Source: Ginglymostoma cirratum (Eukaryota). Taken from it: DNA of 64,000 nucleotides. Shown piece after piece: positions 25,505 through 37,695 of the stretch. The notes under the pieces were generated by a model. It did no database searches and was not told the DNA's origin. It saw nothing but the letters and a program-made list of their open reading frames with translations. A program made the position numbers and the translations under genes. The stretch is taken from positions 2,154,494 to 2,218,493 of the forward strand of contig JAHRHZ010000099.1 in assembly GCA_024137785.1 (NCBI GenBank), given 5' to 3'. Position 1 is the first letter of the stretch, and each line of letters opens with the position of its first letter.

Positions 25505-25846
25505 TGCCCAGGTTCAGTTTGGTTCCTTTCCCGAATGTCACTATTCCGCTACTTGCTGCAGCGCAGTAGTAATCGGCGGCATCCTCCGACAGTACGTTGG
25601 TGATGGTTAAATGCATCTTGTTACTCGATGAGTCCACAGACCCTGTAAATCGATTTGGAATTTCCGAAGCAGTTTCGTCTTCCTCGTCCCAAACCAACAC
25701 CGGGGCACTGCCGGGTTTCTGCCAGTACCAACTCGCGTAGTAGCTGCCGATGCTACCTCCGGACATGGTACAGGTAATCCTCACAGTTTTCCCCGGGGAT
25801 GTTGAGATGGATCCTGGTTGACTCAGAGAAGGATCCCCGTATGCAC
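25505..25846 (-). CDS. IGLV: Germline-joined Ig lambda (type II/NS3) VJ exon, cluster B, intact
   Basis: Acceptor cttcaccag; (S)AYG-DPSLSQPGSISTSPGKTVRITCTMSGGSIGSYYASWYWQKPGSAPVLVWDEEDETASEIPNRFTGSVDSSSNKMHLTITNVLSEDAADYYCAAASSGIVTFGKGTKLNLG; both Cys, Trp and FGxG intact; phase-1 gtaagt donor; 342 nt in frame. Confidence 0.96.
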
Positions 25847-25995
25847 CTGGTGAAGTGACAACTCAAAGGTCAATCACACGTTGCAATTACGAATATTGTC
25901 TTAGTTTAGCTAATGGCAGTTAAACGCAAGAGTGACAACACGAACAAGGAGCAACATTAAAAGCAGCTACAGGGTATATTAACATGTCTACTTAC

Positions 25996-26044
25996 TGTGG
26001 AGACAGAGCATCAGTGCGGCGAGAACTCCAACCCGTTCATTCAT
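25996..26044 (-). CDS. IGLV: Leader (signal peptide) exon of cluster B
   Basis: cacc-ATG; MNERVGVLAALMLCLH + A|gtaagt; 49 nt, phase matches the VJ exon. Confidence 0.93.
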
Positions 26045-26148
26045 GGTGAAGGTTCTAGTGCCTGGCACAATAACGTGTTTCTGGGATCTTTCCAAACCTC
26101 CTATTAAGTATCTGCAAACCTGGCGATGTCACTGAATTTTAATGATTC

Positions 26149-26211
26149 ATGCAAATCTATAACCACGTGATATCGGCCAACAGCAACCCCAGGCTCAAAT
26201 TGGATTTGCAT
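26149..26211 (-). promoter_or_regulatory. Ig V promoter of cluster B: two inverted octamers with an E-box between them
   Basis: atgcaaat 26149-26156 (ATTTGCAT on the coding strand), cacgtg 26164-26169, atttgcat 26204-26211; 105-165 bp upstream of the ATG. Confidence 0.8.
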
Positions 26212-27209
26212 AAGCGCATTGCAAATATTTTTTTTGTAAAAGAGAAACGTTATGTCAAAGCCACCGACTATTACACCAGGATGATTGAATCCAACGAAAC
26301 AAAAGATGCGGCACAACCAGGAATAGAGATTAGATGGAAAATGTTTGTATTTCAGAAGCCCAAAAAATATAAGGGAGAGCGAAAACAGAGGGTGGTAATC
26401 GACAAATTACCAATGAGGTCCTTGCTAAGAATAACTTACTGAAGTGGGATTTATTTGTTCATATGGAGGAAGGCGAAGTTAGTTCAGGACTGATCATCCT
26501 AAAGGATGGATGGGTGGAAGTCATTCACTTACATTTACATTCATTTCTTCATAATTTCTATCAAAATTACTTCTCACCTCACCTTGTAAAAATTCATTTG
26601 TCTCGGGCAAACCTCGTTTGTCTATGTCCTGTTGAACTATCTGATCATTCGCCTCAAGGTTTGCTACAATTCCGAGTTACTGTCTTCTCTAACTCGTAAA
26701 AAAAATGCCTGCATATCCAAAATGACAGGAGAGCAATTGCCTCATCAGTGATTTTTGGAGTTAGAGAAGTACATACTAACCCAAGTCTGGGAACCACTGC
26801 TGACCAATCTCCTCTGTCATTTAGCTAAATATTTAATAGTGGCGATGTAATAGAATTGACTTCATCTTAGCTAACATGTTTATTATGTGGTACTGTATCA
26901 AATGGTGCGTTTATAACTCCAGTTACAAAGCATCGAATATTCACTGGTCAGAAACTTTCTTTAGTGTTTCACAAAATCGACCTTATTAAACACCATTTCC
27001 TTTTAATACGTCCTGGCTGGATTTCACTTATAAATCCTGATTTCGCCACGTGGCTGCTAATGTTATGCCAAGTCGCTGTCTCCAAACGTTTTCCAACTGC
27101 TAACGTTTGGCTGTTTGGCCTGTAGGTGGCCGGTGTGCTGTTCCTACTGAACAGGAATAAAATGTTTGCATTTCTGCAGTTCTCCGCTTGTACTTTTACA
27201 TCTAATTTA

Positions 27210-29430
27210 CTCCTGGGCGGTGGGGCATCACTGAATAGGCCAACCTATATCACATCCCCAATTTCTCTTGACAAGATGATGGTCAGACATCTCCTTGATA
27301 CAAGGCTCTTTATGTGTTGTGGGGTGCGGACAACGGGCCTGGGGATGTAGGTATACTCACGGCACTATTTGGAAGGGAGTTCAGCATTTTGATACAGCGA
27401 CAGATACTTCCAAGTCCAAATGGCCTGTGACTTAGAGAAAACCTTGCAGGTGGTGGTATTCCCAAATATATGATGGCCTTAACCTTGCAGGTGATCGAGG
27501 TGCCAGTTTTCAAGGTGCTGAGGAAGGGGCCTTGTTGGGTTACTGCAGTGCATTTTGTAGGTGGTGGCCCGGTCAACTGTGGTGATGGGAGTGTACGTTG
27601 GAGATACCGAATGTAGTGCCAATCAAGCAGGCTGCTTTTCCTGGATGGTATGGAGCTTCTTGCTCTCCACGCTAGTGCAGAGCATTCCACAACATGCCTG
27701 CTTCATACTTTGTAGACGGTTGACAGATTTTGGGAGTTAGGAGGTGAGCTATTTTCTGCAAAGATCCGAACTTCTGAATTATTCCTGTAGCCGCAGTTTG
27801 TCCAGTTCAGTTTCTGGGAACACAAGTATATTGATTAAGCAGGAAATGTCATTTCCTGGCACTTCTGCGCTGTGGATATTATTTACCGCTTATACTTGGC
27901 TCGTTGTTGTTTGTGTCTTACTACATATGGACAGCTAACACTTCATATTCGAGAAGCCATGAGTCAGTTGCTGAACATTGTGAAATTATTACTGAACATC
28001 CACACTTTCGACTTCATGATGGAAAAAGTGTGGTCATTAACGAAGAAATTGCATGTGTTTGGGCCTACAACACTACTCTGAGGAACTCCTGCAGAAATGT
28101 CTGGAATTGAGACAATTTACCGCCAAACAACGCAGCCGTCTTTCCTTGTTCTAGATATGACCTAAAATGGCTGAGAGTTTTCTGCATAATTCTAGACTTG
28201 TTGGGTCTACTCGATGCCGTACTGGGTCAAATGTTGCCAGAGATATCAGACATACTTTCACTTTCCCTCTTGCGTTCAGATCTGTTGGCCATGTTTATGA
28301 CTCAGCTCCAATAAGTAAGGATCTAAGTGGCACTGACGAACTGAAACCGATCTTTTTAAAAATCTATTCTAACTAATCACCCCATAGATGTTACTAACCA
28401 TCACTGGAGCAAATGGAACTTGAACCTAGGCCTCCTGGCTCAAAGGTAAAGCTACTACTAACGTGCCTCATGAACTGAAATCAAACGACTGTATGTAGCT
28501 TAATTCTAATCAGGTGTCATTTGATAATACCGTAGACTACTCATTCCATCACTTTTCTGATGACTAAGAGTAGATTGTTTGGGTGGTAATGGGTGGGTTG
28601 GATTCATCCTTTTGTATTTCTGTAGACCAAGCGATTTTCCACATTGTTGGGCAAATGCCAGATCTGCAAATGTTCTGGAATTGCTTGAGTCTGGGTGCAT
28701 CTAGGCCTAGCATACAAGTCTCCTATACTATTGCAGAAAGGCTATCAGGGCCAATAGTCTTTTCAGTATCCTGTGCCATCAATCGTTTCTTAATATCAAG
28801 TGGGGTGAATTGAAGTCGCTGAAGACTGCAATCTGTGATGCTGGAGACCTTTGGAGGGGGCCGAGATGGAATATCAACGTGGCACTTCTGGCTGAAGATT
28901 GTCGCAAGTATCTCAGCCTTGTCTTTTGCACTAATGCACTAGTTTCCCCTATCAATAATGCTGGGAATATTTGAACAGTTGTTTAAGTTGTTTAACAGTC
29001 CACCACCATTCACGATTGATTGTGGCAGGACTGCAGAACTTGGATCTGATCTATTGTGTGCGTGATTCCTTAGTTATGTCCATTGCACGCTCTTTCTGCT
29101 GGTGGATATGCAAATAATTCTGTGTTCTAACTTCGCCAGGCTGTATGCCTGTTGTTGATCTTGTCATCTTCTTGCACTTTCTGCATTGAACCGAAATTGA
29201 TGGTAGTGGTTGAATTAGGGATATGCTGTACCAAAAAGTTAAAGATTATGGTTGAATACAATTTTGCTGCTGACGAAAAAACATAACGTCTCATGACTGC
29301 ATAGCCTTGAGTTGCCGGAAGGATTTAAAAGCCACCCCACTTAGCACGGTGAGAGTGCCACATAACACAGAGGAGGTGTCCTCAGTGCAGAGACAGACAT
29401 TTGTTTCCAGTATCACTGTGCAGTTGTAAA
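27210..29430 (-). mobile_element. Old, fragmented copy of the second LINE family
   Basis: Colinear decayed similarity to 20300-22740. Confidence 0.6.
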
Positions 29431-32400
29431 CTGTGTTCCCGTAAAAAAAGCAGACTGATACCTGCGAATGGTGTTAGTAATATGCGGTAATGTTTCACAT
29501 AACAATCCAAAAGCTGGTTACGATTGAAGTGTATTACTGCGCTCATTGATGTAGCGGTAATAATAAGAGAGCCAACGTAGAGATCATATAATCACGTTGG
29601 ATGTTCGACGTAGAAAATCTAGAACCTCCGATATAAGATAATGATGAATTGTTAAATATACAAGTCTCTTGTATATGTCTCACCTTTACTTATAGATTCA
29701 GTGTGATGCGGTCTAACGCACAGTTTAGATGCAGTTGAGGTTTCACAGACCGAGTCTAAGCAGTGGAGTTGTGGACAATTCATGAAATATCAAAATATTT
29801 AAATAAAGAATTATAGCTAATCTGAATTTAAATGTGTAATTTACGTGGTTTGTATTTTGTAAACATTTTTATATTTTACCGCAGGATTTTCAAAGAAATC
29901 GTTCACGTTCCCCTATGTGACAGACATATGCCATACAATATTACCACCTAATGGTGTCTCAGCAAATGACAGCTAGAGATCATCAGTCCCTTCCAGCTGA
30001 CAGAAGAGGAGGAAGTTAGATGCTGCAGTGTTTGAGCTGTCAATCAGATGTTTAATTAACTGTGAACTTCAGAAAGAATAGGCATTCAAGGCGACATTCA
30101 ATGTGTATCTGATGACAATTTCGTACATTTTATTTACGAATTGTTTATTGGGATGTGGACATCACTAGCAAAGCCAACATTTATTGCCTATCCGTCATCG
30201 TTCACTCAGCCATTTCAGAGAGCTGACGACTGCCAACCGCACTTCCATGGAACAGTTTCACAAGTAGGCCAAACCAGATAATTTCGCCTTCCCTGGTAGA
30301 TATTATTGAACCAGGTATGTGTTAGCAACCGTCAATGCTATTTTCGCGGGCTAGTTTTCAGTTCCAGAGTTTGTTAATTGAACTGGAATTCCACAAGGTG
30401 CCTTGTTGGGATTTGAACCCTGTTGGCTGAAAATTATCTTGAGCATCTCAAAGTGTTATAACTCCGTCACAACTGGCCCACACAATGGGTATTTTGGAAT
30501 CTAGAAAGGACTACTTTTTTGACTATAATGAACAGGCACTGCCAGTCTGACATCTTGGGAATGGGCACAGGAGCTAGAGTAACAGACTTGAATTCCTATC
30601 AAGACAATGGAAAGTAGATCGGGAATTTCACTGGACCCCAACTACGCTTCCATAAATTGTGCAATGGTGGCGTGTAAACCAAAGTGATTATATAAATCCA
30701 TTGTGGACCAGCTTCTTCTGAGCACCCTTAGAAGTTAGAGCTGTGGAGTGGAGGGACTGGAGGACAAAGATTTCCTGGATTAGATAATTGTGTATGCAGA
30801 AGAGTGATCAACAACGTGAATCCAATTAAAGCAGTTTAGGATGCTGGACTGGACAGAAATTAGAGTGTAGCGTGTTGTAAAGACAGTTAAAGATTCTATA
30901 TTTCAGCATCACACTGGAGGAAACCAGATTAAAAGGCAGTGTGTGCCCCAATCAATTGATTGCCCCAAACCTTAAGCAGCCAGGCAGGACAGCAGGAGAT
31001 AGCACTCAGGAACAAAAGAAATACTCAACATTTCAAACTGGGTTCCTTGCTGCCTCTTCAGTGGCACTGAATTAAGGAGGCAGAAAAAAATGGAATGTTT
31101 GGGCGAGCACCATCATCAAAAATACTCATTTATGTCGAATGACGCCGTCAGCAGATGGAAGTAACACTGTCACTGCTTGTTGATTTTGACTTGCACGGGA
31201 CTGCCCACAATTACCAGAAAGTAATCACTGTGCTTACCAGAGGAATCAAGGCAATATTGGGCAACAAAACACTCTGTAATCTTAAAGTGACTCTTGGTCA
31301 ACTTATTTGTCAGCTATCTTTTGCATAACTTTCGGGGAAATTCTAATTTAGGACATTGCACAACGACTATCGCATTTCCCTATTATTTCCATGTGTAGCC
31401 CGTAAATCACTTCTGCGACTTGGAGGAAGACTTGCAGATGATGGTATTCCTTTGTGCCTTCTTCTTTCTTTGTTCTAGGTGGAAGCACTACGGACTTGGG
31501 ATACGCTATTTTTGGAATCTTTGGAAATTTCTTGCAGTGCATCTTGAAATAGAGAGCATTACCATCACGATGCATTGGTGTTTTCAGTAGAATAAAATAG
31601 TAGTAAATAGAATATAACTTTGTCTCTCAAAAGCCTGATGTCAAATGCCAACGATAAAGGGGTTGTGTGTGGGTGGTTGCAAAAATCAAGAGAAGGTATT
31701 AGAACAATTTTCACCATATTGCATGCTGACATGAAAAATAAATGAATGATATTTCATGCATAATTGACTGGCAGAACAGTAAGGGTACAAGGGGAAGCCA
31801 TTCCTTCCATTGTGTCTGGGTATTTTGACTCAGTGCCTGGAATTTTCTTCCAAAAATTTCCCTGCATATTGCTTCTATTTAAATCATCATCCAATGCCCT
31901 CCTGAAAGCTTCAGTCGATACTATCTTGACCACACTTCCAGATGGTGCATTCGAAACACAGTTAGAGGCGGGAGATTCAGAGGAAATGTGAGAACTGTTT
32001 TTATTCTGAGGGTGGTGGGGTTCTGGAATTCGCTGCCTGTAAGGATACTAGATGCCGAAACCTCATAATATTTAAGAAGTATTTAAACGGTACACTTGTG
32101 ATGCCATTGGATATAAGACTATGGGCCATACGCTTGGAAATGGGGTAGGAATAGTTAGATCATTATATCTCACCAACACAGGCTCAATGGGCCGAAGAAC
32201 CTTTTTTCCCGGTGCTGTAGACATTTATGACTCTACGACCACTCGCTGTGTGAATGAGTTTTAGTTTACCGCCTCTGGTTTCTTTCTTTTGCAAACCACT
32301 TTATGATGGTGCCCTCCAGTTTTCGATACTTTTGCAAGGGACGGTGTTTCTTATTATCAGTTCTGTCCAGACCCCTCATGATTTTGAAAACTTTAATCAA

Positions 32401-35400
32401 ATCTCGTCTCAGCGTTCGACATTCCAAGGAAAGCTCGTAATATCTCTAATACGTACGTTATGGGATTGGAATGTCCGCCTGCTGAAATCATTGAGCGCGA
32501 TTTTTGTTCAGACGTTTGTAAAGCAACATGCAAGTGATCAATTGCAGCATTTACGGAATCTACAGTCCTGGAAAATTACAGGCCATACCTCGTTTTAATT
32601 CTGCTCTGATTAGAATTATTTGCCTGTTTTCAGCAATATAACAAATAAAATACATCTAAAAATCCAAATAAAAGCCAGCAATATGCCCAGTTTGATATTA
32701 TAGAGAAATATGACCAGTTTGATATCATAGACATACCTCATAAATGCCGAGGGACATCCTATGATATGAAATCTGAGGGTGGTAATTATCGAAACAGCTG
32801 TGTGATTACTGCGGGTGAATGTTTGTGGCTATCTGTTTGCACACATAGAACAATCAATGCCGCTTCAATAAAGTCTTTACTTTAGCAAAACTGCCCATAA
32901 AGTCACACAAATGAATATATGCTGTGAAGCTGCTGTATCCTTTATATGTAAGGCGTGAGGCTGTTCCGCTTCATTCTGCATTGATTCCCACTCGCCACCA
33001 GTTTAGTTGGATATAGCAACATGTCCGTAGGGAGTGCCATGTTCAGGATGGTGCGAGAAATCTTTGTTCTTCGGCGTCTGACTCTGAAAAGCTGACAGCC
33101 TGATACGGACTCCAGGGAACCAGCGTCTAACACAGGCTGGCCATCAAATAAAAAAAAAAGTCATCCATACTCTGAGTTTGGTATTTCAAGATCAATATTA
33201 ATTGAGTGCATTTTATTCCAAGTATGGTCCAAAACAGCGCCTAAATATGTTTGATATTATTTTTCGACCGTTGCATTATATTCGTCGAGACGTGAATGCG
33301 CCAGCCTTTATTTTACAGTTTTTGAACACTTTCACTAGTTTTGTGAAGTCCAGCAGTTAATATAGCAGTTACTCCATTCGCAAACCAGTCTGAAAGCAAT
33401 ATGGAACAAGGAAGTATCGATATTTTATTGTGTGAAGGTGAATTTCAAATGTATTCTCATATCAGAGATGTTCTGAAATAAAAACATGGCTTAGGGATTG
33501 CTGAGTTGGTATTAATAGCACCTACTTCAATGTAAACATTGATAATTAATATTGAAAGGAGAAATCTACATTGTCTGGAACTGTTCAGTCGCAGGTTAAG
33601 CAGACAAGGACGGCAGTATTCGTTACCTAAGGAACCCAGATGGTCATTATTCGACATATAATTCCAGATTTGAAAAAAAACTCCACCAGCTGCCATGCCA
33701 TCAAACCAGGTTCGCAGAGCAATCCGTGTGTTTCTGGAGCATGGGTCTAGTGGCAATACCAAGGCGCCATCGCCTCGCCTTTCTTTATGTGAATTGTAAC
33801 GCATAAGGAGAACACTTTTTGTTTATGCTTGGTCGCAGTTCAGTGTCAGTTGGCAGTTTCAAACTGCCAGCTGGTCCTATGAAGTAGATATTTGATCAGC
33901 CACTCCCGAACTAATCACTCTGGACCAACCCAAGTGTGCTGAATTAGAAAACAAATTGAAGTTAGAGCTAATACAACATAGAATTCGGAGAATATGCAAG
34001 CAAATGCTAGGGGAGTCCTGACACCCAACATGAGTTGGTTCAGTTGCTACAGAATTAACACTTTACTGCCACAGAGCACAGTAAACATAACGTTAAAGAA
34101 TTACCACTAAATACCCTTTAATGTGTGAATCCTTTGTAGGCTTTACAAAGATTGACATTGAGATTGCGACAAATCTTTAAATTCTGCAAGACCAATTCTT
34201 TCTCAGTTGACAGGATCAGTGGATAGACAATGGAATAACCCATTCCAGATGGATAAATTTAGATTGTAAACCAAGCACTAAAGCAGCGCTACTAGTTTTG
34301 CTTGTATTCTTAATGCAGTGATAGACAAGAATAAGGAAGTGGGTACGAAGGAAGGGAAGCAGCATGAGCATATGCAATATATCAAGGAGTAATAACACAG
34401 AGGGATAATTCCCAAAATATGGTAAAAATGTATATGAAGTTGCGCAGTATGAGGTTGTGGCGTAGCCGGGATAAAATATGCTATTAAACATTAGGCAGAT
34501 GCTGTGGTACACTCCGGTAAACAACACTCTGTTAGTTATATGCCATGCAACAAAATAATTGAAAGCCAAGAGCAGTTAGCTCACAAGCCTATTACATAGC
34601 CCTTCACTGTGCTATACTTCGGTACGGTTCCTGACTGTTGCTCGGATGCTGTGATGACTGGACCTGCCTTCCCTCACTTCGCAAAGAAAGTGTCATAAAG
34701 GCAAAACGCCTCAAGAAGAGCATCTCCCATCCCTCCATGAAGATGAAGTCTGCAGAAAATAATAGCCACGCTCAGAGATTGAAGATTGAGCTGAGAAAAA
34801 CAATGTTAGCAACAAAAGAAAGCGATTTCTTTTTAGATACTGTATTCACCGGAAACTTTCCTTCAATGTACTGTTCCATTTTAAATTTGGTGGCAGGCTT
34901 GTAGACAATCGGAATCTGTCTAGAATATCTCGGGAATATGCACCATGACACTTTAAAAGTAAACTCTTTGCAGGCTTAATATTAGTTACCGTTAAAGTTG
35001 TTACAGATTTTAAAAACATGCAAGGTAATTTCACTCATACGGTCAATTCAGCAAATAACAATGACAGAGCCATTTGAAAAGTATATGAATTAGATTGCAA
35101 ACTCTGACATCGTAATTCTTGTCCCCCGTAAATTGCATACAGACTGAAGAACAAGCAGCATTCCATCAAGTCAGAAAACAATAGTGGATAAATTAACTGC
35201 ACAATCGGACCCTTATGATGCAGTGGCAGCACCTCTGAACCAGAACATGTAGGTTCACATACTATCTGCTTAGAACATGCCCGAACAATTGAATTTAAAA
35301 TGTCTGAAAGGATTAATTGAATTTAATTTGTCTCAGGACACAAAGTGGTACAGAAATTAACACCAAAAGTGGAAAAGTGCAGGATCTAGAGTTAGGTTAG

Positions 35401-36429
35401 CAGTGTATAAAATAGATTTTCTCTGCAATAAATATCTCCAGGACATAATTAAATGCAAAAAGTGGAGAATGCCCACTTGAAACATGCGAACATGGTAAGG
35501 GCATTGTTTAACTGCAATCTGTGACACGGTATGAACAGAAATCAATAGAGCAGATATAAATAATAATCCTTATATCCATTCCATTCCTTATCCAAACGCC
35601 GACCTTCCTCACTATCATCAGAAAACACAACAGCAGTTCTCAGAACTCGGCTTCATAACTTTAACACATCCGTCATTCATCTGATGCTAACATATTCATT
35701 CCTGGCAACAGGGATACCCTCCAATGAAACGTTTGAAAGAACGATGCCTTTATCTCAGCCCTCCACGCACTCCTTTCATGGAAAAAGATTTCATTCTTCA
35801 GTGATCAATGTCTGTGCTTAACCACACTGTCTGCATAATCTTCATCCAATTAGATGCTCATCTAAATTGCAGACTCTGTATTGCTCTGAATTTTCCTGGA
35901 AGGAGTTATGGATTGGCAGTCGCCATTGCGAAAGCAAACTTAAGACCAGAACTAGATCTACCACAGTTTATGGAATAGTGAAACAGGTTTGAACCTTGTA
36001 GGAGATTACAAGGGATCTACAAAATCCCCACCTCCCAAGTACAGGGAGAAACAAAACAATTGAGAATTCAGCGCCAGATGCAGCTAGCATACATCAAGAG
36101 AGTCAGCGTAGCTTTCCAAAGCAACAAAGTTAGAACGCGAGGAAATATGTGCCAATAAGTGAAGTCAGTGCTATCATTATTCATTTTGGGCACTAGACTT
36201 GAGCTGAAGTAATGCCCGATGGTGAATGAAGGTACCCAAGGTTGTTTGTATAAGAGACCTTGAAGACTGTGCCTCATTTAGCCAAAGTTCGGGACTCTAA
36301 CAAAGAAGAGAAACAACAGAGAGAGATAGAGCAAAAGTAATGGCATCAGGAGATGAGCCACGTGAGGTCCAATAGGGAGCTATGTCTTGGTCTGGGAACA
36401 CTTGGAAAAGGACACAGAAATCAATGAAA

Positions 36430-37060
36430 TAGTTAGTCTCCAGAAAGGGAATACCCCAAAGCTGTGTCAAGCAGCAAGTTTCTGAAGATGCCCCCTCCCT
36501 AGCGAGGTAGTCAATGATTTGTGTACCGTATTGGAGGATAAGCTGAGCCCATGTTAAATGGTAGTTAACACATGTCAATGGTACTGAAGGTTCACGTGAC
36601 ACAGAACATCTATGCCTCTGGATATTTTCAATGGTCCACTTGATGTAGTTCTGGATCTTGCCCCTGGGGCACGAGAATGCAACATGCTGATGATAAACAT
36701 CCTGTCCAAGAGAACCAGGAATTATGTATACTTGCACACTAATCTGGACAGTGAAGTTAAATGAGTCGTGGGTTTCATGGTAATCACTGGACTCTTCCAG
36801 GTGCAGAGTATGATCGACTGAACGCATGTGACCAACTCCAATTTACAAGTCTGTGCCTGTCATCATTTTGAGGTGATCGATGTATGTCTAATCTGTGATA
36901 ACAGCAGAATGATCTTTAGATGTGTGCACAGTTTCTGTGAAGTCACCATGGTACATATATAGTCAAGCAATCTTGCAAGACACTTACTCCTGCTTCATGC
37001 ATGTCGTAAGGGATGGATACCCAAAATTAAGTGCAATCCTTAGAGGATATGTATACCAAC
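36430..37060 (+). mobile_element. PIF/Harbinger (HARBI1-like) DDE transposase fossil
   Basis: Translated fragments in family order: KVHVTQNIYASGYFQ (~36587-36631), GFMVITGLFQVQSMID*THV (36771-36830), IDVCLICDNSRMI and CAQFL*SHHGTYIVKQS; these match Harbinger xAxGxFQ, GxIDCTHV, NVQxxCD and PGSxHD motifs. Confidence 0.7.
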
Positions 37061-37334
37061 CCCTGCGAAGATGTCACGCACAGTTGCAGAGAAGTGCTTA
37101 GCCAAGTGAGCTAAGGGAAGGGAAATGAGTGGTAAGGACCTGAAAGCTTGATGACTTGTTATTGGAGGTGACGTTTCCGGAAGTAAGGGAGATTTGATCA
37201 AAAAAATGAGTGTAATTGCTTATCAGACTGGGATGTTTCCAGCTTCATTGCTGGTGGAATAGTGAGCAGATGGTGTAGAGGTAAAGAGAACCTGAAAATG
37301 GTTTTCAGTGGCCCAACATACAAAACAATCTTTG

Positions 37335-37695
37335 ATTCACATCAAAGAGTGCCTATCATGTGTAAGCAGGGCAGTCAGCCCATCAATCCACACTGACCCT
37401 CCCAAAAGTATCCTACCCAGACACACCCTACAAGCCTATCCCGATACCCTAGCACTTCCCACGGCTAATCCACCTTACCTACATATCCCTGCACGCTATG
37501 GGCAATTTAGCATAGTTAATCCACCTAAACTACACACTTTTGGGCATAGAAGGAAACTGGAGCATCCAAAGGAAACCCACGCAGACATGGGGAGAATGTG
37601 CAAACTCCACACAGACAGTCGCCCAAGGGTGGAATCAAACCTGGGTCCATGGCACTGTAAGGCAGCTGTGCTAACCACGGAGCTACTGTGCTGCC
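37335..37695 (-). mobile_element. HE1-type (V-SINE) tRNA-derived SINE
   Basis: Reverse complement gives ggcagcacagtagctccgtggttagcacagctgcc…tgtgtggagtttgcacattctccccatgtctgcgtgggtttcc. Confidence 0.88.

Noticed and set aside
36297-36827. 176-aa minus-strand ORF
   Set aside because: Antisense to the Harbinger relic, with no recognisable protein features
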